Assembly (NCBI GenBank): GCA_002269645.1
Contig: NIVC01000660.1
Location: 186,001-250,000 of the forward strand
From: Macrostomum lignano
Taxonomy: Eukaryota
Reading direction: 5' to 3'
DNA: 64,000 nt
The position numbers and the translations under genes were made by a program. Positions within the stretch are counted from its first letter, which is position 1. Each line of letters opens with the position of its first letter. The notes beneath the pieces are model-generated. The model had not been told where the DNA came from. It made no database searches and saw only the letters and a list, made by a program, of their open reading frames with translations. Shown piece after piece: positions 45,701-56,869 of the stretch.

Positions 45701-48700
45701 CTTGTCACGACAGGGCTGTGCGCACAATACACAGCCTGACAGCTGCTGACCGAGCCAACTGCTCGATTAGTTGCACCAACTTGCAATACGAGATGCGACT
45801 AACTCAAAACAGTTGGCCAAGCGACTTCGGCGAAGCAACACTGGCTCTGTTAAAGTCGGTTGAAGAGACGGCTACTCTGGCTCGAAAAGACGCTCTGGAC
45901 GACAGTGTACTAATGGAAATGCGCCAACTACTCATCAAACAGCCTAGCAATGGAATTCACAGCTTTCTCAAGCTAAACATCTACAGCCACTCAACTATGG
46001 GCAATATGGTAGTTGAGAACTGGGCTTATCCAGCTAGGAATTTGTTCTCAGACATTGGCGGCATTCTTGGACTGTGGCTAGGCGTGTCACTAATAAGTAC
46101 ATTTGAATTCTTAGAATTGCTTTTCAGACTGGCTGGCGTGTGGCACCAGGGACGGAAACGTGTAAGGCGACACTGGTTGCCAAAGGCTTCCACAGAGGAG
46201 GTAGAAACGCTCAAGCCAAACAGTCAGGGCGAGACCCTAACCACTGTGAAAACCACTAGCTTGTAGTTAGTATGTTGATGTTATTGTTTAACTTTGGTAC
46301 AGGGACCAAGCATTGTAGAAATAAAAATCTGTTAGAATGATATCAAATAACTACTCAGTGAACACACACAGAAACTGCTATAAAAATAAACTATAGTACT
46401 TGCTTATTAACATTTTAGACTACAGCATGCAGTAGTAATAGTATCATAATCCAATGATTTCTATATGTAGATTATAGACTTGCTTTGGTCATCTTCCCAT
46501 CTAATCTTCCCATACATTAAAAATAAACTAGTAATGCAATAGCAAGAATAAAGAGAAGCTTCATTAACTTAACTGCTGTTTTTTGTTTTATTTCTTAATT
46601 ATTTGAATTATTAACCTAGTAATGGTTACTCTTCAAAAATTATGCCTGAGTTACTCATGCTATATTATATTGTGAGTAAGGAATGAAATTGTTATTGAGA
46701 ATTTAAAATAGATATATAGGCTACTTACTGTTCATTAGTTAAGTGAGTTATTGTTGATGTGACTTATAGATAAAAATAACTTGTTTTTGGTATATCTATA
46801 ATGTATTTGTAAACTAATAACCCAGTGCTAAAATTGTGCACATTTAGCTGTAGGCTATAGCATTGAAGTTAAATAGCTTAAAGCTATATAAATAAGTGAT
46901 ATAGACTTTTATAGTTGTATACTGGCTAATATATAATGGTTGATTTCTTGATTCTTTTCTAGATGTATTCAAAATGCCTATCTTAAATCACATAGATTTT
47001 GGCTTAGTCAAAATGGGCCAACTTTGACTTGGCCAATCTGCCTCCAAGTGCTTGCAGATGGCTTGGGCCAAGAAAGCCCCATCCCAGATGATGGTGTAAA
47101 ACTAGTTTGGCCAATTTTATTCTGGCTGCCTGGAGCTGGATGATGACAAATGCAAAGGCCATCTGAATTCAGCCATAATGAATGCAACAGTGGTCAGAGT
47201 CTTAAGACTGCTTGATGAAGATCAATAAGTGATGGTTTGTGAAATCAAGAAACATATTGGGATTTTGGATTCAAGTGCCATTTCCATCTTGCAGGATCAT
47301 CTGGGCATGAGGAAAGTGTTTGCACTGGTTGCCCCATCACTAGAACTCAACCCAAATGCAAGATCATGTCAAGTTTGCAAACTTCATGCCAAAAAATTTG
47401 ATGCAAAGGCTTCATAATTGGTGGACAATATTCTGATGGGAGATAAAACTTGGGTTTACTTTTATGACCCAGAGACAAAATCTCAGAGCAGACAAAGGAT
47501 TACCATCAAAGAGGATACCTTAGAGGAACATAGGAATCAAATTCTTATGTGAGATAAGTGTAAGCAAGGTAGTAAGTAGCAAGGCAAGACACTAGTCTTC
47601 TTCTAGCAGTTTGGCATCCTGCTGCCCATTCAACTTAAGGAAGGTGCCATACTAACTGGTTATTAGTACTCAAGTATCTGCTTGCCCTAGGTGCTAGAGT
47701 TCTTCTATCAAGAGTGGCCAAAGAGCAGAGACTGCCATTTTCAGGCACCATGACAATGCTCTAGCTCACCAAGCCAGGGTGACACAGAAGTTTCTAGCAT
47801 TGACTCAGCTGACTCTGCTGCCATATCCAGCCTACTTGCCCAACCTTGCTCTAGCTGACTTCTTTCTCTTTTCAAAGATCAAGAAGAATCTCAAGTGAAA
47901 GTGCTTTGACTAGCGCAAGGAGCTTGAAGAGGCATTGAAAGCAGAGCTAGAAACTGTCACTTAGGTTGAATTGAGGGACTATTTTGCAACATGGTTCCAT
48001 AGGATGCAGAAATGCATCAATCTGTCTAGAAACTATGTTGAGAAGTCTAATTAGGTAAGGGTATTTGCAAAAAAATCTAAGGCGAAAGCAAACTTAGAAG
48101 TGTCTTTTTCTATGAAGCAGCCCTCATAAATTTTTCCAATGAAGTAAAACTGATAAAATAATGCCTAACTTATAAAGAGAAATCAATTTTGTGATTACCC
48201 TTGGTCTACTAATACTAGCATATTGGCTTGTATATTAGCCATATTGGCTAGTATATAAAGGTTGATTTCTTGATTATTTTCTAGATAAAAGTGTTGTATA
48301 CTGATCCAAATCCAACATACTTTTATTTTCAGTCATTGCCCTAGCATTAACCTATTTGTCTGTGTCCCAAACAGCTACTGATTGACTCTATAAAGGCTTG
48401 CCTTTACTTATATCGTTAAACAAAACATACATTCATGTTCATTCAAAACATACATTATGCTCTTTAAATAAAAGCCTTTGGCTCAATGCTGAATCAATGC
48501 ATAAAACACAACAATGGTATCACAATTGCTTGGTGAACTGCCACAGGAAAAGCCCAATTGAGCTCAAACCTGGATGACTGCCTTTTAAGTGCTGGCCCAA
48601 GCAAAAGACTAGACTGATAGTGCTGGAAAGAAGACCATCACAGACAATTTTTGGTGCACTGCGGGCTTATAGCCTTGGAGAAGATACAAAGCATAATTGC

Positions 48701-51700
48701 CCCTAAATCTGTGACTGACCTAACCTTTGATGAAATCAACACTACTATGCAAGTGTACCTAAAGCCAAAGGAAAAGCTGGTCATTGCTAAATACATTTGT
48801 TTTTTGCTATGCGGCAAGCACCAAATGAATCAATCTCTGACTTTGTTAGCCAACTTCGTCATGCTGCTAAGGACTATAAGTTTGATGATTTGAAGACATC
48901 CACTAGTCCTCTCAAGGAATTGTTGCAAATGGCACTAATTTCTAGGCTTAGTAATGTAAACCAACAACGTGTTTTAGAGGCCACTCAAATCAAATCATTC
49001 CAGTTGGTTCCCAAAATTGTGGACTTTATTTGTAACCTAGAGCAGGTAGTGGCTTTTGACTCAATTGGCTCCTTTGATCCAAACACACAAAGCCTCTGTG
49101 CATTACTTGCAGTGGCATAATGGACATTGGGGTATCAAGGACTATCATTACTGCAGCAAAGCACATTTGGAAGGAAAATGCCTGACTTTTGGCAAGCTCT
49201 GTTCGAAATGTGGTAAGAAAAATCATTTCACTAGCATATTGCTTATCATTTGCATTTGCACCAAGTCACTGACCCATCAGCTCATGAAATAGACAATGAG
49301 CCATATGAGAAGACTTCCCTTATGCATCTCAGCCACGTGGGAACTGTCTACACTGTCAACATAGCCACCGAGCCACTTATTATCAATGGCAAGACCATCA
49401 ACATACAGATCAATACAGGCACCTCAATCTCCATGCTATCTAGTTTGTAATGGGAATGACAGGGTCAACCCTCACTGCAGAAGTGTTTTTGGTAGCTAAA
49501 AGCCTTTAATAGTCACGTGATAAAATCACTCAGAAAGCTAGCAACCATGGTTGAACTATGAGGTCATCTGCACCCTGCAGAGCTCATTGTGGTCAATTTG
49601 AACAAACCATATGGCTTGCTTGGCTGCGATCTATTGGATGCAGAGGACCTCTTTCATACCACAAGTGTGCCCCAGAACAATACCCACTTAGTTAAGCCAT
49701 TGCCTACTATAAAATGCATAAAAGCTTGCATGAAGGTTGTTGGCAATAGCCCTCACTGCAAATGATGGCTAGAGAAGAGCAGGTACCAACGACCCATGAG
49801 CAGGATACCCTAGAGCAACCAAATGACAATCTGACACACCGAAACTCACAAAATTGTTGGGCCCCTGATTGATTTGTGCCATAATTGCTGAATAGCATAG
49901 ACGCAGATTAATCTTAAACTTTTAACGAATTTGCCATTAACTTCGTTAAGCACCAAGCTCCCTAAGCTCACCTATTCATATTCAAACCCACTAATCAATA
50001 ACCACCAATGCTTTACTGTTGCAGTTCTCTTTCCCTAGAAAGGGACATGTATACCAATCCGAATCCAACATACTTTTATTTTTAGTCATTGCCCTAGCAT
50101 TAACTTTGTCTATGTCCCAAACAGCTACCGACAGACTCTATAAAGGCTTGCCTTGACTTATATTATTAAACAAAATATATATTTCACTTAAGCTATGCTC
50201 TTTTAATAAAAGCCTTCGGCTGAATGCTGAATCAATGCATAAAACACAACAAAAAGCTTTTAGTATTAAGCATTTTTAAGACAATATATTCTAATTAAAA
50301 TACCCAAGAAAGCTATTGTCATGAGTATGTGATAGTGATTGTGCAGATTAGTGCACTATCTTATGTCAAGCTAATCTAGCTATCTTTTCTCCCCCCAAAT
50401 GTTTTTTGACTTACCTCATTTTTATTCCTGCATGTGCATACCCTGCTTCCCTTTGCCTAGACATTGTCTATTGGCTACTAGTTGCAGTCTGCTATGTTGT
50501 GCTCTTAGTGATTGGCTGGCATTTCTCATCTTGGTCCCAAGCTGTTTAAGCCCCTATAGCCACTTTCTCCCTATGTACCCTTGACTCTAGTTTGCTATAT
50601 ATTTATTTAGACCCCATGAGACCCCATTCTTATCAGCTTATAGCTTCCCTATTGGAATAAGTTGACAAAATGCGGACAACCATCCATTGCATTTTCAGAT
50701 TCTCCTAGTGTCGTGTTGCGCGACAGTGCTGTCTAGCATTGTGTCACATCGTGCGACACTATGGCAACCTAGTGTTGTCATGCGTCGCATTGCGCAATGT
50801 AATAGTGTGGCAACTTGGCAGTTGGTCAAGTTGCCACATTGTTGTGTTGCAGCCTAGATCTGCAGCCAAAACCTCACAAACTATGTTTCATTGTAAATTG
50901 TAATCTGTTCATGGTTGTTTCTTATTATTTATATGTTTCAAACATGTTTGATAATAACTAGTTATTGAATTGTTTTTTTATTTTGATGGTAAAGTAATCA
51001 ATACTTCAAATATAATTTTTAGAAATGTTACTTGTTAGTTACAATGCGTGCACTGTTTTTTAGCTGCTGTACCTTTGTTGTTTTACTTTTTAGTGTTTTT
51101 AAATTTCATTTCCTTTTCCATGAAATTAAAAGGAATACTCTTGTCGCTCATCCCATGGGCTTGGTCTTGGGAGTGAATGGCAGAGGACAATTAGGACAAC
51201 TAGTTGGGCAATGTGCAATATGGCTGCTGTGGTGTTCCCGCCCCCTGGTCATTTAGTCAACAGACATTGGTATTGCATTGCCCCCCCCCTAGTCAATGCT
51301 TTTGTTGCATTGTGCTTTTGAGGGCACAATTTTGGTACTCATATTGCGTGTCCGCAGGTTTTTTAAAACTTATTCCAATAGGGTATAGCTCCCTAGTGAC
51401 TTGTACTAATGTTGTATGCCTATTGAATTGTGCCTCTACCACTAAAAGCTATATATAAAACAAAGTACTAGAAAAATGCTGCCTTATTTTGCTGCATTAT
51501 TGGTACTGTTTGGGATTTAAACTACTAAAAAATTGTGGCTAATAAAGCTTTAAATCTGCAAGTTCTTCTTGCCTAGTACAAAGCTTAAGTCTGCATTTTT
51601 ACTAGGCACTTTAGAAGGAAGAAGTGGCCCCATGTCATATCTTCCATGTCATATCTGGGGCTGGTACAGCAGCCCCACCCTAAGCAGCTCGGCCAGCTTG

Positions 51701-52282
51701 TATGCAAGACTGTGGGTTATTGTGCATTATACATTCAAGCAGGCTAGTCCTAACTAACCCCACGTCATATACATGCCAATGAAAGACTATAGCCAGGGTC
51801 AATATATAAACCTAGGTCTAGGAAAAAGGACATAAAAAGACTAAGCCTGTGAGCAACTATCACTACACTGTATTGGATTAAACATAGTTATTGATCCTGG
51901 TATAGAATAAGCACATGAAAGGGATTGAATCTGATAATAAAATAAATAATATAAAATATGAAATCAAATAATTGGATTGAAATGCATAACTTACAATTAC
52001 ATAGATTCATATATAAGCCATTCATTTACTTTAAAAGTACAACTAGACTCTGGCTCATTTCGTCCTTGGGAATTTTAGAGACAGTTCATTTCAACAAAAA
52101 AACTTGTCAATGAAATAACCTACCCCTGCCCCTATCCTATCTATCACTGTGCATTTTAAGATAGGCCTAGTTAATCAAAAGGCAAGTTTTTTAGCAAATA
52201 CATGATACTTAATACTTAAAAATACTTACACATTGGCAATTTTGAACAAGTCATTCGCAGTAAAAGGCCTAATAGTTGTCAT
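42717..52282 (-). CDS. NAA20: N-alpha-acetyltransferase 20 (NatB catalytic subunit); 5 exons, 179 aa
   Basis: Exons 52282-52230 (MTTIRPFTANDLFKIANV), 43889-43865 (25-nt microexon, NMDPLTET), 43751-43661 (YGLSFYLTYLVHWPEY), 43560-43431 (GKSEG..WHGHVTALSVAPEFRRLGLA), 42957-42717 (AYFVDLFVRVSN..A..LYKKLGY). Total 540 nt, all GT-AG. Confidence 0.95.
42985..43376. repeat. Intronic minisatellite, 23-bp unit (ggaataggcagtggtgcaactgg), NAA20 intron 4
   Basis: About 17 units. Confidence 0.95.
44362..46266 (+). CDS. DEG/ENaC (amiloride-sensitive channel superfamily) subunit, 634 aa, intronless, nested antisense in NAA20 intron 1
   Basis: Pre-TM1 FCNSTSAHG, TM1, FPDVTICS, CYTF, GYRVVIHEPG..P, a Cys-rich thumb (C..C.C...C...C...C), and TM2 SDIGGILGLWLGVSLISTFEFLEL containing the GxS filter. 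Confidence 0.95.
   Translation: MLGQKQSQMEAASSGSDSSVHTKEANDIVAEDNPDIEGQSPCTIKSIICLDQNQQLDSPGMWKTDSTLKPSRQSNEYQEIPQQICKSEIAVDTPSIFMLKNFCNSTSAHGFHKIFETSSIMHRLVWMLIILTATIGFTVHLCFLISRFYQSPVNTETQVYSTQFVFPDVTICSTSQLSLIRFSRNPTVKGTNLTINQLIERIRSYWDPENPHQNNSAINGDLRNSLKSYLHLVNITKQRQDMIVLCRYIGAACSYRDFIEYVDPEYISCYTFSPNNRHLIVGGEQEGGLNLILYGGDGKNFITEEESLSFSTGYRVVIHEPGTRPNMMDGFYVQKGTNTYAQLAYTKETVLSKKTRPCIEEDSLNIIEFLDCFGNRRQYRYSITDCSMYRYQDYLNKTCKCISEMLPLPTIYQHQRGDFREKFCHRIDHNAEDAMAPDRSNNTSRRACHDRAVRTIHSLTAADRANCSISCTNLQYEMRLTQNSWPSDFGEATLALLKSVEETATLARKDALDDSVLMEMRQLLIKQPSNGIHSFLKLNIYSHSTMGNMVVENWAYPARNLFSDIGGILGLWLGVSLISTFEFLELLFRLAGVWHQGRKRVRRHWLPKASTEEVETLKPNSQGETLTTVKTTSL
46970..48128 (+). mobile_element. 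Decayed Tc1/mariner transposon
   Basis: Stop- and frameshift-riddled transposase remnants: MGDKTWVYFYDPETKSQS (cf. TGDETW...), HDNALAH (cf. HDNARPH), PAYLPNLALADFFLF (cf. PPYSPDLAPSDFFLF). The right end reverse-complements to TA-TGAGGGCTG, resembling a mariner TIR. Left end not seen. Confidence 0.8.
48292..50251 (+). mobile_element. Internally deleted, decayed Ty3/Gypsy-type LTR retrotransposon
   Basis: 5' LTR 48292-48513 (TGTTG...CAACA); 3' LTR 50048-50251; 5-bp TSD AAAAG (48287-48291 and 50252-50256); TGG-starting PBS-like site at 48515; PPT agaaagggac before the 3' LTR. Gag remnants (RQAPNESISDFVSQLRHAA; knuckle CSKCGKKNH) and a protease remnant (IQINTGTSIS). Confidence 0.88.
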
Positions 52283-54005
52283 AGTTTGTGTCGGAGACTG
52301 AGATAAATGGGCGATTAAATATAGTAAATTTTGTTAGTGTTTTTAATTAATTTGCAATCAATCACTAAATTACTACTTGTTGTTAGGGAACTGTTGTATA
52401 ATCTAATATACTAACATATACTACATTGAGTTTTGAGCAGATCCGACTATAATTGTCATCAAAAATGATCATTCATTCAGCGTGCGTGCGTCGCTTCGGT
52501 TTTTGTTTTGAAGCAAATAGTTAAATTTTGTATTTGAATATTTTTAAAAACATTAAAACGTTAAAAGCTGTATCGTTTAAATTTCTTTAAAACACAATTT
52601 TTACTATACTTTTAAAGTCTTTTGTTTTACCTCTTATACTATTTTAAAACAAAAATATTCTAAGAAGCATTAAGAAGTTCGCTTGCTTGTTAAATTAGCT
52701 AGTTGTCAACTACTCGAGTACATTCCGGTGACTGGTGTATATCGTCTACCAGTTTTTCGTTCTCCGTTATTATTCTTTGTACATTAACATAATTTATTGT
52801 TTGATGCAAAATAGTCTTACATTTTGTGAAATAATTACTTGTACCTATGAGTTATGGTTATGGGCACGGTAGTAAAACGTAGAAGCCTGAGCTTAAGCTG
52901 AAGGCGACAAATTAACTGGTGAAAATGTAGTCAGTCTAGTCTATACATAGTTTCATTGTATATAGTATAATTAAACGTATGTGTTGAAAAGTATGAAAAG
53001 ATTTACTCATCAAGTAGCCATAGGGCCTAGTAAAACTAAAATATTTAAGTAGGCCTAACTTTTGTTGGTTGAGTTTATTTAGCCTTTAAAATTAAAGCTA
53101 GGCTTGGGCGGTTTCCAGCCATAGTCTTGATCATGTTTGGTGCACGCCTAAACAACAATTGAATGGTTACAAGTGCATGCCAAAAATTGTAAGTGCATTC
53201 CCACACTCTATAATCTAGGACTAGGACTAGGCTAGTCACTAAGTCACCTAGTGTTGTGACAATAGATGACCTTTTTGGCATTGCAACTATAAATGACCAT
53301 TTTGTATCGTTAAAATAATCCTTTTGGCTGATAATTCAGTTGATTGTTTGTTTTTTTTATTGCTACTTTTTACAGCAAAAAATTAATATGCATAAATATT
53401 TGTCTATTTAAATGCTTTAGGCCTATTATAAGCCTACACTCTCAAATCTATTATACAGTATGCCAGAAAAAATGACCCCTAACATTATAAATTCAATTTA
53501 TACCAGAAAAACAAATTTACTTGCCAAATATTATCAAAAAAATCATTGCAACACTACAACAGTAAAGGACCTTTTTTGTATATTATAAAAATATAAGACC
53601 CTTACTTACATTACAATATTTCAGTTTTCTTACACTATATGCCAGCTCTGTGGTTCAATTTTCCAGTGATATGTTTTGTATACTGGATACTTTATGCTAA
53701 CCCTTTTAGGTCTGTTGTACACTAAAATTTCTGGTTAGTCTGGTTATTTTCTCATTTATATAAAAGATTTAGGAGGGATTAAAAGCTTAAAAACTGGAAA
53801 GCTTGAAATTTATGCTTAAAAATAAACATTTTAATATTTTTCCACTTAACATTAACTTTTCTGTGTGATTCTATAAAATGCATACCAGGTGCGAAATGCA
53901 TATTATTTTCTTAGGGATAATGCATGCCAACTATGTATGCCTAATTTTTGGCATGCAAAGCCAATAGATACCCAAATTTTCAGGCATATACTATATGATC
54001 TGGAA

Positions 54006-54270
54006 CATACATGCGCAATCCCCCTGATTTACACTGGCCATGCAACTTACTTTTTGACCAAAAATGCAACTTACTTGTAAAAGAAACCCTAACGCAATTT
54101 TGGGTAAATGGCAGGAGTAACTTGAGTGTCTTATAAGGGCTAAATGCCTCGTCATCTAATTAGTACTATGTCTGTATTCTCTAGGCTGGGCATTTTTATG
54201 ACTTACCCCTGGTCCACCACAATTTACGGTGGCCAGATCGGCCAGGTCGGCCAGCAGTTGCGCATGTATG
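54006..54270 (+). mobile_element. Complete 265-bp MITE (13-bp TIR, 8-bp TSD) carrying a 28S rRNA fragment
   Basis: TIRs CATACATGCGCAA (54006-54018) and TTGCGCATGTATG (54258-54270); TSD ATCTGGAA (53998-54005 and 54271-54278); 28S-like segment at 54102-54163. Confidence 0.9.
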
Positions 54271-54961
54271 ATCTGGAATGTTGGTTTCTAGTTGATTTGT
54301 CTGCTTTTTGACTAGGCCCTACTCATAACCTTTTGGGTGCAGCCCATTTTAGTAAATTAATTTTTTGCAAAAGATGCTTCAGCAAAAGTGAATTTTTAGT
54401 ATACATTAAGTAGATGTACATTTTTGGAGAAAGAAAGTGACTAGTTTGGCAAAAAAATAGGCTACATATATAATTGCAAATATGCCACTTTGGTGATTGA
54501 AGCTTTTAATAAATTGTTCATTGCTACAAATTATTTGCAGTTAGAGAATTAAGAAACTCATGACTTAGCTTGTAGCTATGTTATGTATATGTGATCTATC
54601 GATATATACAGTTGATAGATTAGGGATGATGACAATGTTGTTTTTTCAGATTTACAGTTCATAAAATCATACTTTGAAATCCTGCCATCATGCTTGGGCA
54701 CAACCTTGGGATTCACTCAGCCATTTCTATTGGCAACACACATACATAAGCATACATGCCCAACACCCGTCCAACCCATCCAAACTGGACGGGTGAAATG
54801 GCCACCGGCTGAGGTAAGTTGCAAAATTGAAAATGGGAAAAACGAAAAATTGGGCGAAGAAAGAAAGGAGAGGAAGAGAAAAGAAAAATAAAGAAAGAAG
54901 AAAGAGAAGAAAAGAGGAGAGAGAAAGAGAAGAAAAGAGAACAAAGGAACTAAGTAGCAAT

Positions 54962-55955
54962 TAGGAGGAACTAAGTTGCAATCGGGAGGAACTAAGTCAC
55001 AATCAGGAGGAACTAAGTTGCAATCGGGAGGAACTAAGTCGCAATTGGGAGGAATTAAGTCGCAATCAGGAGGAACTAAGTCACAATTGGGAAGAACTAA
55101 GTCACAATTGGGAGGAACTAAGTCGCAATTGGGAGGAACTAAGTCGCAATCAGGAGGAACTAAGTTGCAATCAGGAGGAACTAAGTTGCAATTGGGAAGA
55201 ACTAAGTCACAATTGGGAAGAAGTAAGTCGCAATTGGGAGGAATTAAGTCGCAATCAGGAGGAACTAAGTCACAATTGGGAAGAACTAAGTCGCAATTGG
55301 GAGGAACTAAGTAGCAATCAGGAGGAACTAAGTTGCAATCAGGAGGAACTAAGTCGCAATTGGGAGGAACTAAATTGCAATTGGGAGGAACTAAGTCGCA
55401 ATTGGGAGGAACTAAGTCGCAATCAAGAATATTTTTTTAGAGGCAAGGGGGTTGTGTGCACCCTGGCGCACTTTAAGCAACATTAACACACACAAGGACC
55501 ACTAGAAGTTACCTTGTGGTCCTTGGGCACACAACTGGCGAGAGGCATTACTGCCCATTCCGCCGACTCCCTTGAGCAGGCATACAAGCGTGCGGATACG
55601 TACGCAGGCACACACTCACACAGGAGTATACAGCGGCCCTAACTTTATTTTATCATTAGGCATGTACACTTCACTGCGCCTTGGGGGTTGGCTCTCAAGG
55701 CCGTTAATTGCACGAGCAGAGCCAAGCCGAGATTCCAATTCAGCCCCAAATTACGAGCTAATGTGACTGCACTTGGAATCGAGCCTGGGTCGCTGGCACA
55801 CCAGAGCAGCTGCGCTACCGCTGGGCTATGGCCCCCCTGTTGCAATCAAGAGGAACTAAGTCGCAATCGAGAGGAACTAAGTCACAATCGGGAGGAACTA
55901 AGTCACAATTAGGAGGAACTAAGTCACAATCGGGAGGAACTAAGTTGCAATCAAG
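54962..55955. repeat. Minisatellite, 21-bp unit (ggaggaactaagtcgcaatca), interrupted by a SINE
   Basis: Units at 54962-55428 and 55840-55955. Confidence 0.92.
55450..55837 (-). mobile_element. Near full-length tRNA-derived SINE (about 390 bp)
   Basis: The minus-strand head GGGGGCCATAGCCCAGCGGTAGCGC contains a tRNA A box; B box GGCTCGATTCC is at 55775-55785. The body is shared with four other copies in the window. Confidence 0.78.
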
Positions 55956-56869
55956 AGATTTTTTGCTTGTCCTCTAGGCATTGCAGTAGTGTATCTAAGG
56001 CCTAGCATAAGTCACTATTAGACAGAATAGTAGTCACGTGACTGCTCTTAGCCAATAGCGACTTACATGTATATGTTGCCAATAGAAATGGCTGGGTGAT
56101 TCTCAAAGTATGCCGCATGTATGCCTGCCATAATGGCCAGAATGGCATCTAATAAAACAACTAAATTTAACTATGCCAGAATAAAATCATGTCACAATAA
56201 AATTAGTCTTTAAAAGTTATTCATTTTTCTTTTTAAATTTCTTCTAAAACAACAAAAAGTCTTTTATAGCATAGCTTGAAACAAATCTTAAATGGTCAGC
56301 TTTAGACAAAATGGTCATTGCAAAAGTATTTTTGCTATTATTGACTTTGCCAAAAATTCTTTTGCCAAAGTGGGTTGAAACCAACCTTTTGACTATATCT
56401 GCTCTGGCAACCAATGAAAAATTATAAAATTAGGCATTCTCTTTCCATCTAATTCATTATATGGTATCTATCCTAGCTAAATGCTTTGTGTATAGTTTTA
56501 ATATAGTTTTAATAACTTCAACAAGATAAAAGTAAGTTAAATTTTCTATAGAGTTAATTGGCCTCGTAGTATCCATTTCAATAATTATAACAAAAACATG
56601 CATTCATGTGTGCAATTTTGAAATATGACTAATATATTAAATGCTAAAAAAGTCAGTTATTAACAATAGGCCTATATCTTACAATATGATTCTTATCAGT
56701 TATGGCAGCAATGACTTTATTATGGCACTATTTTGAGCCAAAAATATGAGGGGTATCCCAGAAGTAGGGTCACATTTGCTTCTACAAGTATTAATGTGTG
56801 TTAAAAAAATCATTTGCCTTAAAAGTTAGCAGCTTATTTTAGCTTTCATGCCATATAAGTCCGATTTTT

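Noticed and set aside
55765-55837. tRNA gene call for the A/B-box sequences (also 5783-5860)
   Set aside because: No complete cloverleaf or acceptor-stem pairing was found, and each continues into a shared non-tRNA body, so they are treated as SINE heads.
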